NCBI GenBank assembly: GCA_050181585.1
Contig: JBFXDA010000013.1
Span: 21,409 to 85,408 of the forward strand
Direction: 5' to 3'
Length of the DNA: 64,000 nucleotides
From: Reyranellaceae bacterium
GTDB lineage: Bacteria; Pseudomonadota; Alphaproteobacteria; Reyranellales; JAQSWP01
The notes below the pieces were generated by a model. It was not told the DNA's origin and searched no databases. It worked only from the letters and a program-made list of their open reading frames with translations. This document shows positions 1-11,663 of the stretch, in pieces. A program made the translations under genes and the position numbers. Numbering within the stretch: the first letter of the stretch is position 1; every line of letters begins with the position of its first letter.

Positions 1-182
1 GTGCTGGGGCGCGTGCACGTGGCGGGGCTTGGGCTCGACGAGGGTCTGGACCATGGGATCGGTGGGCGGCTCCGCCGTCACCCTAGAGCAAATCAGGGCC
101 TGACGGAATCGCGGGCGATGCCGTCGAAACCCGCCGATCCGCTCGCCATGGCCAAGTCCCGCCGGCGCGCGCACTATGGGGC

Positions 183-992
183 ATGGACCGCGCGGCAAGA
201 CCGGGAGGTTTCTGGACCCTCGCCCTGATCCTCGGCGCGGGCCTGGCGCTGCTGCAATTCGCCGGCCGGGTCGTTCTCTGGTTCGCGCCCTATCACCTTG
301 CCGGGCTGATCAACGAGCTGGGCCTGCTGGCGCTGGGACTGGCGAGCGGCGGGCTGATCAGCCTGGCGCTGGCCAAAAGCCGCATCTGGCGGGGGCCGGC
401 GTGGCGGGCCGGGCTGACGGCGGGCCTGCTGCTCTATGCCGGCGCCTCCTTCGCCATGCTGGGCTGGTCGGCGCAGACCGGCATCGGCCTGGGCGTCCAT
501 CGCTACACGCTGTTCTCCGCGCCGGGCTGCGAGTTCGCCGCGCGTTTCCCCGGACCGCCGAATTCGGGCCGCCTGCGCGGCGACGTCTTCGAGCGGCGGC
601 CCGACGACGCCCCCGCCGCGGCGGTGGCCGTGTACGCCGACCTGGAATCGCTGACCGCGCTGCGCGCCGATTGCCTGCGCCTGGCGACCGCCGGCGCGCA
701 GGACCCGGCGGCGCTGGCGGCGGCGGCGGCGCGGCAATGGGCGGCGCACATCGGCATGCAGGTGCGGGAAGAACGGCTCGAGCGCCGCGGGCCGGACGCC
801 GTGTTCAGCCTGCGCGGCAGCGTCGGCGGCTCGGTGCTGCCCGACGCGGCCGGCGGCTCGGGCCGAACGCTGGCGGCGATCGACAGCCATATCGGCCGGC
901 GCTCGATCATGACGGTCTACGCGTTCCATCCGGACGGCGGCTCGCTGTCGCCGCTGGCGCAGGCGTTTCTCGACGGGGTGCGGCGGCGGTGA
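183..992 (+). CDS. Hypothetical membrane protein (N-terminal TM helices, C-terminal soluble domain)
   Basis: 269-aa ORF with about three hydrophobic segments, then FSAPGCEFAARFPGPP; codon style matches the host. Confidence 0.7.
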   Translation: MDRAARPGGFWTLALILGAGLALLQFAGRVVLWFAPYHLAGLINELGLLALGLASGGLISLALAKSRIWRGPAWRAGLTAGLLLYAGASFAMLGWSAQTGIGLGVHRYTLFSAPGCEFAARFPGPPNSGRLRGDVFERRPDDAPAAAVAVYADLESLTALRADCLRLATAGAQDPAALAAAAARQWAAHIGMQVREERLERRGPDAVFSLRGSVGGSVLPDAAGGSGRTLAAIDSHIGRRSIMTVYAFHPDGGSLSPLAQAFLDGVRRR

Positions 993-1123
993 AAATTCGC
1001 CGCATCGTCCGTCGAAAGCTTGGCGAGCGGCAAAGCGATGCCCCATAATGGAAATGTCGGGTTTCGCATGCGCTTTCGGAGCCGTCGCCCGGCCCGCCAC
1101 ACCGGAAGAGGTCCGACCGCCGC

Positions 1124-2866
1124 ATGCCGCATCACACGCCGCTCATAGCCACCATTGTCATGGGTCTCGGGCTGGCCTTCATCTTCGGCGCCATCGCCAA
1201 TCGGCTGAGGATTCCGCCTCTGGTGGGCTATCTGCTGGCGGGCGTCGTGGTCGGGCCCTATACGCCGGGGTTCGTCGCCGACCAGGCGTTGGCCACCGAG
1301 CTGGCCGAATTGGGCGTCATCCTGCTGATGTTCGGCGTCGGCCTGCACTTCTCCCTGAAGGATCTGCTGTCGGTGCGGGCCATCGCCGCCCCCGGCGCGG
1401 TGGCGCAGATCGGCGTCGCCACCGCCCTGGGCTTCGGCCTGGCCTGGCTGCTGGGCTGGGATGCCGGCGCCGGCCTGGTGTTCGGCCTGGCGCTGTCGGT
1501 GGCCTCCACCGTGGTGCTGCTGCGCGCCATGCAGGAACGGCGGCTGATCGAGACCGAACGCGGCCGCATCGCCGTCGGCTGGCTGATCGTCGAGGACATC
1601 GCCATGGTGCTGGCGCTGGTGCTGCTGCCGGCCATCGCCAGCCTGATCAAGGGCGAACCGGTCGAGCCCGCCGCGGCGGCCGATCCGGTGGCCAAGGAAC
1701 TGGGGCTGGGCCTGTGGGGCGTGCTGGGCGTGACCATGGCCAAGCTGGTGGCCTTCGTGGCGCTGATGCTGGTGGTCGGCCGGCGCGTGGTGCCCTGGGT
1801 GCTGCATTTCGTGGCCCATAGCGGCTCGCGCGAGCTGTTCCGGCTCTCGGTGCTGGCGATCGCGCTGGGCGTGGCGTTCGGCGCGGCGCAGCTCTTCGAC
1901 GTGTCGCTGGCGCTGGGCGCCTTCTTCGCCGGCATGATCATGAGCGAAAGCGAGCTCAGCCATCGCGCCGCCGAGGAATCCCTGCCGCTGCGCGACGCCT
2001 TCGCGGTGCTGTTCTTCGTCTCGGTCGGCATGCTGTTCAATCCGCTCAGCCTGCTGCACGAGCCGCTGCCGATCCTGGCCACGCTGTTCATCATCGTCAT
2101 CGGCAAGTCGGTCGCCGCTTTCGCCATCGTGCTGGCCTTCCGCCATCCCCTGGCGACGGCGCTGGTGATCTCCGCCAGCCTGGCCCAGATCGGCGAGTTC
2201 TCCTTCATCCTGGCTGAGCTGGGCTTCAAGCTGAAGCTGCTGCCGGAAGAAGCGCGCGACCTCATCCTGGCCGGCGCCATCCTGTCGATCATGCTGAACC
2301 CGTTCCTGTTCTACGCCATCGACTGGCTGAAGCCGCGGCTGGAGCGCCGCATGGCGGCGCGGGCCGGGGCCGCCCCGGCGCCGGCCGACGAAGTGGCGCC
2401 GCCGCCGCCGGAGGACGACGTGGTGCCGGCCGTCACCCTGACCGGCCACACCGTGCTGGTCGGGTACGGGCGCGTCGGCAGCCTGGTCGGGGCGGCGCTG
2501 CGGCGGCAGAACCTGCCCTTCGTGGTGATCGAGGATTCCGAGAAGCTGGTGGCGCAGTTGCAGGACGCGGGAACGCCGGTGGTGGTGGGCAATGCGGCGC
2601 GGACCGAGCTTCTGACGGTGGCCAATCTGCCGGCCGCGCAGCAGCTCGTGGTCGCCATTCCCAATGCCTTCGAGGCGGGCCAGATCGTGCACCAGGCGCG
2701 CCTGGCCAATCCCGGCATCCACATCATCGCCCGCGCCCATTCCGACGCCGAGGTCGATCACCTCACCGGCATGGGCGCCAATGTCGTCATCATGGGCGAG
2801 CGCGAGATCGCCCGCGGCATGATCGAGAATATCGGCCTGCGCCGGGCGGCGGCGGCCTCGGCCTGA
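1124..2866 (+). CDS. ybaL: CPA2/Kef-family cation:proton antiporter with TrkA-N (KTN) domain
   Basis: MPHHTPLIATIV start, LAELGVILLMFGVGLHFS, C-terminal VLVGYGRVG. Confidence 0.92.
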   Translation: MPHHTPLIATIVMGLGLAFIFGAIANRLRIPPLVGYLLAGVVVGPYTPGFVADQALATELAELGVILLMFGVGLHFSLKDLLSVRAIAAPGAVAQIGVATALGFGLAWLLGWDAGAGLVFGLALSVASTVVLLRAMQERRLIETERGRIAVGWLIVEDIAMVLALVLLPAIASLIKGEPVEPAAAADPVAKELGLGLWGVLGVTMAKLVAFVALMLVVGRRVVPWVLHFVAHSGSRELFRLSVLAIALGVAFGAAQLFDVSLALGAFFAGMIMSESELSHRAAEESLPLRDAFAVLFFVSVGMLFNPLSLLHEPLPILATLFIIVIGKSVAAFAIVLAFRHPLATALVISASLAQIGEFSFILAELGFKLKLLPEEARDLILAGAILSIMLNPFLFYAIDWLKPRLERRMAARAGAAPAPADEVAPPPPEDDVVPAVTLTGHTVLVGYGRVGSLVGAALRRQNLPFVVIEDSEKLVAQLQDAGTPVVVGNAARTELLTVANLPAAQQLVVAIPNAFEAGQIVHQARLANPGIHIIARAHSDAEVDHLTGMGANVVIMGEREIARGMIENIGLRRAAAASA

Positions 2867-2896
2867 GGCCGGCAGAAGCAACCCGCCCGTAAAGCG

Positions 2897-2925
2897 AAAA
2901 ACCCGCCGGTGCCGGCGGGTTCTTC
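2897..2925. terminator. Probable bidirectional intrinsic terminator between convergent ybaL and pckA
   Basis: acccgccgg-tg-ccggcgggt hairpin flanked by A and T runs. Confidence 0.75.
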
Positions 2926-2954
2926 AAGGGCGAAATGCGGCCGGGCGCGGCGGA

Positions 2955-4565
<1,611 letters not shown>

Positions 4566-4937
4566 GTCGTCTTCTCCCGGGTTACGCGAGGTAAATGAAC
4601 AACCGTTTTGCGGGGCTCAGATTGCGCGCAAATTACCCGCCTACCCACCCCCCGGCAAGCGCTCGCCATGCCGGATTCGGCACAGCTTCGGGATAAATGC
4701 GCATAGCCCGACCCTGCGCAGAAAATCGCTGCATTGCGGCAAAACGCGGGCGGCGGCAAAGGGTTCGCGCCCATCGTCCGCGACGCCCGGGAAACGCCGT
4801 TTTGCGCCGCGCGGCAAGGCGTTGGCGCCGGCCGCTTCCCGCCGGCGCCCGCCCTTCCCATCGCCGCCGCCCCGAAATAATCACCACCCCTGACGGCCTG
4901 AATGGCTGGCTTCCGGGACGCCGAGCGGCAACGCCTC

Positions 4938-5672
4938 TCAGGCGGCGGCTTTGGCCCGCGCCTGCTGCACCAGCGCCACCAGCGCCTTGCGCGCGCCGCT
5001 GGCGTCGGCCACCGGCTCGGGGAAGGCCAGCCGTGCCACGCTGCCGCCTGAGCGCAGGTCGAGGCCCTCGCGGTCGACGCCGGTCATGCGCCAGTTGGCG
5101 CCCTTGAGCTGCAGCAGCTCGCTGGCGTAAAGGCCGACCACCTCGGCGTGATCCTCGTTCATGTGCTGCACGATGCCGGGCTCGTGCTCGACCAGCTTTT
5201 CCTCCAGCGCCTGCGGCAGCATCAGCTCCGCCGCCGGGATCCAGTCGATCTTGCCGAAGCCCGACACCAGATGGGCGCGCTCGACCTCGACCCGGTAGAA
5301 GCCGAAATCCTTGAACCCGGCATAGGAGGCCGCGTCGGGATGGCGCGCCACGTAGCGGGCGCGCAGGCGCGGCTCGTCCGACGCCACCGCCCGGCCCATG
5401 ACGCTGAGCCGGGCGCCGGTCAGGGCGTGGTCCAGGCCGGCGGTGCCGTCCAGCAGCAGCGACACGCGCGCATCGCTCTCGATCGCCTTGGTGTGCACCG
5501 CCATGCGCGAGATCAGCAGGATCGGCGACAGATCGTGATCGACGGCGATCAGCGCCAGCGAGGCATAGGGCGCCGGCCCCTGGGGCGTGGGCAGCAAAGT
5601 GGCCAGCGCGGCGCGGTCGGTGGCGCGCAGCAGGTGGCGGGCATTGGCGATCTGGTCGGATGAAACGGTCAT
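4938..5672 (-). CDS. HugZ/pyridoxamine 5'-phosphate oxidase-like FMN-binding split-barrel protein
   Basis: PYASL, LLISRMAVHT, HMNEDH, GVDREGLDL motifs. Confidence 0.85.
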   Translation of the reverse strand: MTVSSDQIANARHLLRATDRAALATLLPTPQGPAPYASLALIAVDHDLSPILLISRMAVHTKAIESDARVSLLLDGTAGLDHALTGARLSVMGRAVASDEPRLRARYVARHPDAASYAGFKDFGFYRVEVERAHLVSGFGKIDWIPAAELMLPQALEEKLVEHEPGIVQHMNEDHAEVVGLYASELLQLKGANWRMTGVDREGLDLRSGGSVARLAFPEPVADASGARKALVALVQQARAKAAA

Positions 5673-5971
5673 GGTCGAGGCTCCCTTGATCGAGGCTAGC
5701 GGCGGACGGTTCCGTCAGTTACCCGCATGGGCGCCTAGGAGCAGCCGTTTTTGCCTTACTCCCGCGCCCCACCCCGTGCAAGCGGACAAATCGCCCATCC
5801 CCGGGGTTGCCGCCGCCCCCGCCGGCCCTATGATTGTGTGTTCCCGCCGCCACCGGGGCGCGAAACTTGGATCGGCCCGGACCGGCCCCCGAATCGGCCC
5901 CAGACCCGCCATCATCCCGACACAACTGGGCTTATGCTTCTGGCCGCCCGCAACTGCAGAGGTTCCCCACC

Positions 5972-6667
5972 GTGCGCAAGACGATCGCCCTGGTCGACGA
6001 CGACCGCAACATCCTGACCTCCGTCGCCATGACGCTGGAGGCGGAGGGCTTCGCCGTCAAAACCTACAATGACGGCGCGCAGGCGCTGGAGGGCATGACC
6101 GCCGCACCGCCCGACCTGGCGATCCTCGACATCAAGATGCCGCGCATGGACGGCATGGAGCTGCTCAACCGGCTGCGCAAGATCTCGGCCATTCCGGTGA
6201 TCTTCCTCACCTCCAAGGACGACGAGATCGACGAGGTGCTGGGCCTGCGCATGGGCGCCGACGACTACATCACCAAGCCGTTCTCGCAGCGCCTGCTGCT
6301 GGAGCGCATCCGCGCCCTGCTGCGCCGCTCCGACAATGGCGGCGACAAGGGCGCCAAGGCCACCGACGCCATCGTGCGCGGCGAGCTGGTGCTCGACCCC
6401 TCGCGCCATCTGTGCACCTGGAAGGCCCGGGAAGTGGCCCTGACGGTCACCGAATTCCTGATCCTGAAGTCGCTGGCGGAACGGCCGGGCCACGTCAAGA
6501 ACCGCGACCAATTGATGGACGCGGCCTATGGCGAGACGGTATACGTGGACGATCGCACCATCGACAGCCACATCAAGCGGTTGCGCAAGAAGTTCCGCGA
6601 GGTCGATGACGAGTTTGACCAGATCGAAACCCTCTACGGCATCGGCTACCGCTACCGCGACGCCTGA
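5972..6667 (+). CDS. chvI: OmpR-family response regulator ChvI
   Basis: GTG start giving (M)[14 protein letters not shown]; [10 protein letters not shown]; [16 protein letters not shown]; next to pckA and chvG. Confidence 0.93.
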   Translation: MRKTIALVDDDRNILTSVAMTLEAEGFAVKTYNDGAQALEGMTAAPPDLAILDIKMPRMDGMELLNRLRKISAIPVIFLTSKDDEIDEVLGLRMGADDYITKPFSQRLLLERIRALLRRSDNGGDKGAKATDAIVRGELVLDPSRHLCTWKAREVALTVTEFLILKSLAERPGHVKNRDQLMDAAYGETVYVDDRTIDSHIKRLRKKFREVDDEFDQIETLYGIGYRYRDA

Positions 6668-8321
6668 GCCGCCGCAGAGCCGCGTCCACGCCGATCCGCC
6701 CGCGCCGCCGGCGAAACCGCCCCGCGCCGCCCGCCGCCGCCGTTTCTCCCCCCTGACGCGCCGCATCCTGGCGCTCAACATGCTGCCCCTGGCGCTGCTG
6801 GCCGGCGGCGTGATCTTCCTCGGCCAGTACGAGGACGAGCTGATCGAGGGCGAGCTGACCGCGCTGCGGGTGCAGGCGGAGATGGTGGCGGCCGGGCTGG
6901 GCGAAGGCGCCACCCGCGGCATCTCGGCCAACGAGGAGCGCATCGATCCGGAGCTGGCGCGCCAGATGGTGGTGCGGCTGGTGCAGCCCACCGGCGTGCG
7001 CGCCCGCCTGTTCGTCAACACCGGCGAGCTGATCGCCGATTCGCTGACCCTGCCCGGGCTGGGAGCGCAGCGCATCGAGGTCGCCGAGCTGCCGCCGCCC
7101 CGGCCGCCGAGCTGGACCGACGGCTTCGACCGCATCCCGGAATGGTTCGACCAGCTCCTGTCCTACCGCCGCACCTACACGCCCTACAGCGAATCGGCGG
7201 TGCAGATCGCGCGCGACTACCAGGAGGTGGTGCTGGCCCTGCGCGGCAACACCACCAGCGCCATCCGCACCGACCGGCGCGACCGGCGCATCCTGTCCGT
7301 CGCCGTGCCGGTGCAGCGCTACAAGGAGGTGCTGGGCGCGCTGATGCTGTCGCACGACGACCGCAAGGTCGGCGCCAGCCTGCGCCAGGTGCGGCTCGAC
7401 ATCCTGAAAGTGGCCGGCATCGCGCTGCTGGCCACCATCCTGCTGTCGCTCTATCTCGCCGGCACCATCACCCAGCCGGTGCGGCGGCTGGCGGCGGCGG
7501 CGGCGCGGGTGCGCTCCAACGACGGCAACAAGCCGGCGATTCCCGACCTGGCCGAGCGGCGCGACGAGATCGGCGATCTGTCGCTGGCGCTGCGCGACAT
7601 GACCGAGGCGCTGTGGAAGCGCATGAACGCCATCGAGCGTTTCGCCGCCGACGTGGCGCACGAACTGAAGAACCCGCTGACCTCGCTGCGCTCGGCGGTG
7701 GAGACGGCGGCGCGGGTGGAGAATCCCGAGCAGCGCGCCAAGCTGATGGAGATCGTGCTGCACGACGTCAACCGGCTGAACCGGCTGATCAGCGACATTT
7801 CCGACGCCTCGCGGCTGGACGCCGAGCTGATGCGCGCCGATTTGCAGCCGGTCGACATGCACCGGCTGCTGCTGGAGATGATCGACATCTATCGCGGCGC
7901 GCAACTGCAGAAGCTGGACGTGGCGATCGAGCTGGCGGTGCAGGGCAAGGGCCCGTTCCGCGCCCAGGGCCACGACGGCAGGCTGGGCCAGGTGTTCCGC
8001 AACCTGATCGACAACGCCATCTCCTTCTCGCCGCCCGGCGGCACCATCACGGTGACGCTGTCGCGCGACGGCGGCTCGGTCATCGCCATGATCGAGGACG
8101 AGGGCCCGGGCATCCCGGACAACAAGCTGGAGGCGGTGTTCTCCCGCTTCTACACCGAGCGGCCGCGCAGCGAGCAGTTCGGTCGGCATTCCGGCCTGGG
8201 CCTGTCGATCGCGCGCCAGATCGTGGAGACCTATCGCGGCACCATCATCGCCGCCAACCGCCGCGACGAGCGCGGCAACGTCACCGGCGCGCGCTTCACC
8301 GTCATGCTGCCGGCGGTGTGA
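6606..8321 (+). CDS. chvG: Sensor histidine kinase ChvG (start uncertain)
   Basis: [12 protein letters not shown], stimulus-sensing domain, [32 protein letters not shown]. Confidence 0.92.
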   Translation: MTSLTRSKPSTASATATATPEPPQSRVHADPPAPPAKPPRAARRRRFSPLTRRILALNMLPLALLAGGVIFLGQYEDELIEGELTALRVQAEMVAAGLGEGATRGISANEERIDPELARQMVVRLVQPTGVRARLFVNTGELIADSLTLPGLGAQRIEVAELPPPRPPSWTDGFDRIPEWFDQLLSYRRTYTPYSESAVQIARDYQEVVLALRGNTTSAIRTDRRDRRILSVAVPVQRYKEVLGALMLSHDDRKVGASLRQVRLDILKVAGIALLATILLSLYLAGTITQPVRRLAAAAARVRSNDGNKPAIPDLAERRDEIGDLSLALRDMTEALWKRMNAIERFAADVAHELKNPLTSLRSAVETAARVENPEQRAKLMEIVLHDVNRLNRLISDISDASRLDAELMRADLQPVDMHRLLLEMIDIYRGAQLQKLDVAIELAVQGKGPFRAQGHDGRLGQVFRNLIDNAISFSPPGGTITVTLSRDGGSVIAMIEDEGPGIPDNKLEAVFSRFYTERPRSEQFGRHSGLGLSIARQIVETYRGTIIAANRRDERGNVTGARFTVMLPAV

Positions 8322-8336
8322 GCGGATCAGGCCGCC

Positions 8337-8633
8337 TTACTCGCCCTCGCCGAAGCGCGAGCAGATCAGGTCCTCCAGCGCCGTCAGCGCCTCTTCGGCC
8401 TGGCGGCCGCTGGCGCGCAGCGTGATCTGGGTGCCGGGGCTGGCGGCCAGCATCATCAGCCCCATGATCGAAAGGGCCGAGACCTCGTTGTCGGCGTTGC
8501 AGACGGTGACGGCGGCGTCGTACTGCGTCGCCAGCCGCACGAACTTGGCCGCGGCGCGCGCGTGCAGTCCGCGCTGGTTGACGATGGTGACCGTACGGCT
8601 GAGAGCGGCCGTCGCGCCCGTCGCCTGGGCCAT
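8337..8633 (-). CDS. ptsH: HPr/NPr phosphocarrier protein
   Basis: IVNQRGLHARAAAKFV, SIMGLMMLAA; ATG at 8633. Confidence 0.92.
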   Translation of the reverse strand: MAQATGATAALSRTVTIVNQRGLHARAAAKFVRLATQYDAAVTVCNADNEVSALSIMGLMMLAASPGTQITLRASGRQAEEALTALEDLICSRFGEGE

Positions 8634-8638
8634 GACGC

Positions 8639-9046
8639 TTACGAAGCCTCCTTGGCCAGCAGCTTGGAGGCGACGTTGATGTATTTGCGGCCCGCTTCCT
8701 GCGCGGCCGCCACCGCCTGCGCCAACGGCATGCCGGCGCGGGCGGAGGCGAGCTTGATCAGCATCGGCAGGTTGACGCCGGCGATCACCTCGACGCGGGC
8801 GCGGTCCATGATCGAGATGGCGAGGTTCGACGGCGTGCCGCCGAACATGTCGGTCAGCACCACCACGCCCTGGCCGCTGTCGCATTCGGCGACGCGGTCG
8901 AGGATTTCCTGGCGGCGCTGTTCCATGTCGTCTTCGGGTCCGATGCAGACCGCACCGACCTGCCGCTGCGGGCCAACCACGTGCTCCAGCGCGGCGATGA
9001 ACTCCGCCGCCAGCCGGCCGTGCGTCACCAGCACCATGCCGATCAT
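8639..9046 (-). CDS. manX: PTS EIIA (mannose/fructose type)
   Basis: MIGMVLVTHGRLA, LTDMFGGTPSNLA, GVNLPML. Confidence 0.92.
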   Translation of the reverse strand: MIGMVLVTHGRLAAEFIAALEHVVGPQRQVGAVCIGPEDDMEQRRQEILDRVAECDSGQGVVVLTDMFGGTPSNLAISIMDRARVEVIAGVNLPMLIKLASARAGMPLAQAVAAAQEAGRKYINVASKLLAKEAS

Positions 9047-9984
9047 CCGATCACTCCCTGCGACCCCACTCCGCTTCCGGTCTTGCCGTCCTGCGACGCT
9101 GCCGGAAGATCGCGATGCGCCAGCGTCACGTTCCTGCCCAGTTCTCCGAGCCAGCCCGCCAGCGTCTCCCCCACGAATACCGACCGGTGCCGTCCGCCGG
9201 TGCAGCCGACCGCCACGGTCAGGTAGCTCTTGCCCTCTTTTTCGTACCGGGGCAAGAGAGGCCCCAGCAACGATTTGATTCCATTGAGGAACGGCAGGAA
9301 GTCGGGATCGGCCGCGACGTATTCCTGCACCGCGCGGTCCCGTCCCGAGAGCGGTTTCAGCGCCGGCACGTAATGCGGATTGGCGAGGAAGCGGGCGTCG
9401 AACACCAGGTCGGCTTCGCGCGGCAAACCGTTGCGGTAGGAAAACGACACCACCACCAGGCGCAGGCCCGGCGCGTTCTCGCGCGCGAAGCCGGCCGAGA
9501 GCAGGCGCTTGAGATCGTGCGGGCCGAGCTGCGAGGTGTCGACGATCTGGTCGGCCGCTGCGCGCAGCGGCGCCAGGATGCGGCGCTCCTCGGCGATGCC
9601 GTCTTGCACCGGCCGGTCGATCGCCAGCGGATGGCGCCGCCGCGTCTCGGTGTAGCGGCGCAGCAAGGTCGCGTCGTCGCAGTCGAGGAAGACCAGCTCG
9701 CACACCAGATCGGCTTGCGCGCGCAGGCCGGCCAGCTCGGCCAGGAAGGCGTCGGGCGAGAAATCGCGGCTGCGCACGTCCAGCCCCAGGGCCAACGGCC
9801 GGCTGCCGGCGCCGGCCTTGCCGCGCAGCAGGTCGGGCAGCAGCGACAGCGGCAGGTTGTCGACCGCCTCGAAGCCGAGATCCTCCAGCGCCTTGAGCGC
9901 GGTGGCGCGGCCGGCGCCCGACAGGCCGGTGATGAGCACGACATGGCGCTTGCCCGCGACCGCGCCCGCCGATGTCGCGCTCAT
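9043..9984 (-). CDS. rapZ: RNase adapter RapZ (P-loop)
   Basis: ITGLSGAGR, VDNLP, GLDVRSR, FDARFLANP, GCTGGRHRSV. Confidence 0.93.
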   Translation of the reverse strand: MSATSAGAVAGKRHVVLITGLSGAGRATALKALEDLGFEAVDNLPLSLLPDLLRGKAGAGSRPLALGLDVRSRDFSPDAFLAELAGLRAQADLVCELVFLDCDDATLLRRYTETRRRHPLAIDRPVQDGIAEERRILAPLRAAADQIVDTSQLGPHDLKRLLSAGFARENAPGLRLVVVSFSYRNGLPREADLVFDARFLANPHYVPALKPLSGRDRAVQEYVAADPDFLPFLNGIKSLLGPLLPRYEKEGKSYLTVAVGCTGGRHRSVFVGETLAGWLGELGRNVTLAHRDLPAASQDGKTGSGVGSQGVIG

Positions 9985-10009
9985 GGAGTCGTGCCCATGG
10001 ATGTCGCGC

Positions 10010-10480
10010 TCATCGCGGCGGATATTTCTGCGCCAGCGCCAGCCGCAGCTTGGCGACGGCGGAGGCCTCGAACGGCGCCAGCCGGATCAGCTTCAGCTCG
10101 ACGCCGAGAAATTCGCGCGCGGCCGGCTCGGGCAAGCGCTCCAGCCGCTCCGGCGGCACCAGCTCGACCGCCATCGCCAGCGGCATGCGGCGCCACAGCC
10201 GGCTGCCGTCGAGGTCGAGGATGCCGATGCCGCGCGCCTCGATGCGCCCGGCCAGCGCCGGCGGCGCGCTGGCGACCAGCCTGTCGCCGGCGCGGGCCAG
10301 GATCACCTGGTCGTCGGCCACCAGCCGGCCGCCGGCCTCGATCAGCCGCAGCGCCAGGTCGGACTTGCCGCTGCCCGACGGGCCCAGCAGCAGCACGCCC
10401 TTGCGGTCGATGGCCACGGCGGTGGCGTGGACGAAAACCTGCGACGCGGATTGGGCGGCGGACGGGGCGGTAGCGGCCAT
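10010..10480 (-). CDS. hprK: Short alphaproteobacterial HPr kinase/phosphorylase
   Basis: VHATAVA, GVLLLGPSGSGKSDLALRLI, LVADDQV, IEARGIGI; ATG at 10480. Confidence 0.9.
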   Translation of the reverse strand: MAATAPSAAQSASQVFVHATAVAIDRKGVLLLGPSGSGKSDLALRLIEAGGRLVADDQVILARAGDRLVASAPPALAGRIEARGIGILDLDGSRLWRRMPLAMAVELVPPERLERLPEPAAREFLGVELKLIRLAPFEASAVAKLRLALAQKYPPR

Positions 10481-10633
10481 GCGCCAAGCGTGATCCGCCC
10501 GCGCGCCGCCGTCAACGCGCCCCTCGAACTTCAAGGCATGGAGCGTTGCAATCCGGCGCCCTGATCGCCCGCCGCGCTTGACTCCGCCGCCGGTCGCGCG
10601 CTTTGTGGCAGCCTCGCAACCGGCCGCCGCACG

Positions 10634-11521
10634 ATGGAAGTCGTCTCCCAGCTTTTCGCCATCCTGGCCCCCGTCTTCATCCTCTCCGGCATCGGCTATT
10701 ACTGGGCCCGCTCCGGCCGGCCGTTCGATTCGGAGATGGTGATGATGATCGTCACCTATCTCGCCACCCCCTGCCTGATCTTCTCGACCCTGAGCCGGCT
10801 CTCCGTCAGCCCGGCCGCCTTCGGCCAGCTCGCCCTGGCGGCGGTGCTGTGCGGGCTGGGCTTCGCCGTCATCGGCCGCATCGCGCTGCTGGTGCTGAAA
10901 CTGCCGGCGCATTCCTACCTGCCGGCGCTGATGTTCCCCAACACCGGCAATCTCGGCCTGCCGCTGTGCCTGTTCGCCTTCGGCGAGGCCGGGCTGGCGC
11001 TGGCCATCGCCGTCTTCACCGTCAACGCGGTGGGCCAGTTCACCCTCGGCGCGGCCATGGCCTCGGGCGAATGGTCGATCAAGCGGCTGCTGCACACGCC
11101 TATCGTCTACGCCCTGATCGCCGGGCTGGCCTTCATGCTGTCCGGCGTGCGCTCGCCCGACTGGCTCTACAACACCACCTCGCTGATGGGCGCCGTCGCC
11201 ATCCCGCTGATGGTCACCGCGCTGGGCGTGTCGCTGGCGCAGCTCAAGGTCAACCGCCTGCCGCGCGCGCTGGCGCTGTCGCTGCTGCGGCTGGGCGGCG
11301 GCTTCGCCATCGGCCTGCTGGTGGCCTGGGCGCTGCAGCTCGACGGCGCGGCGCGCGGCGTGATGATCATCCAGGCCAGCATGCCGACGGCGGTGTTCAA
11401 CTATCTCTTCGCCATCCGCTTCAAGCGCGAGCCGGCCGACGTCGCCGGCATGGTGGTGATCACCACGCTGCTGACCTTCGCGATGCTGCCGCTGCTGCTG
11501 CTGTTCGTGCTGCCCTCCTGA
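10634..11521 (+). CDS. AEC (auxin efflux carrier) family transporter
   Basis: Multiple TM helices, FPNTGNLGLP, QASMPTAVFNY. Confidence 0.88.
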   Translation: MEVVSQLFAILAPVFILSGIGYYWARSGRPFDSEMVMMIVTYLATPCLIFSTLSRLSVSPAAFGQLALAAVLCGLGFAVIGRIALLVLKLPAHSYLPALMFPNTGNLGLPLCLFAFGEAGLALAIAVFTVNAVGQFTLGAAMASGEWSIKRLLHTPIVYALIAGLAFMLSGVRSPDWLYNTTSLMGAVAIPLMVTALGVSLAQLKVNRLPRALALSLLRLGGGFAIGLLVAWALQLDGAARGVMIIQASMPTAVFNYLFAIRFKREPADVAGMVVITTLLTFAMLPLLLLFVLPS

Positions 11522-11663
11522 AAAAACGCGGATAAAGCGGGCCTTATATGCGGCAAGTTTGCCGCAGGGGTGCGGTTGTCCCTGGCGCGGCGCGCCGGTA
11601 TAAGCCTGCGGCAGCCCGTCGCAGGGCACCCGATTTCCCCCCGATTTCCCAGGGAGCGCGCAA

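Noticed and set aside
1-54. Possible minus-strand gene start (MVQTLVEPKPRHVHAPQH…) at the window edge
   Set aside because: Only 18 codons are visible, which is not enough to identify or confirm it.
11522-11663. Possible SAH riboswitch upstream of ahcY
   Set aside because: I cannot find the conserved GAGGAGCG / AGGCUC core. Only a short ccgatttccc duplication is present. An Rfam search would settle it.
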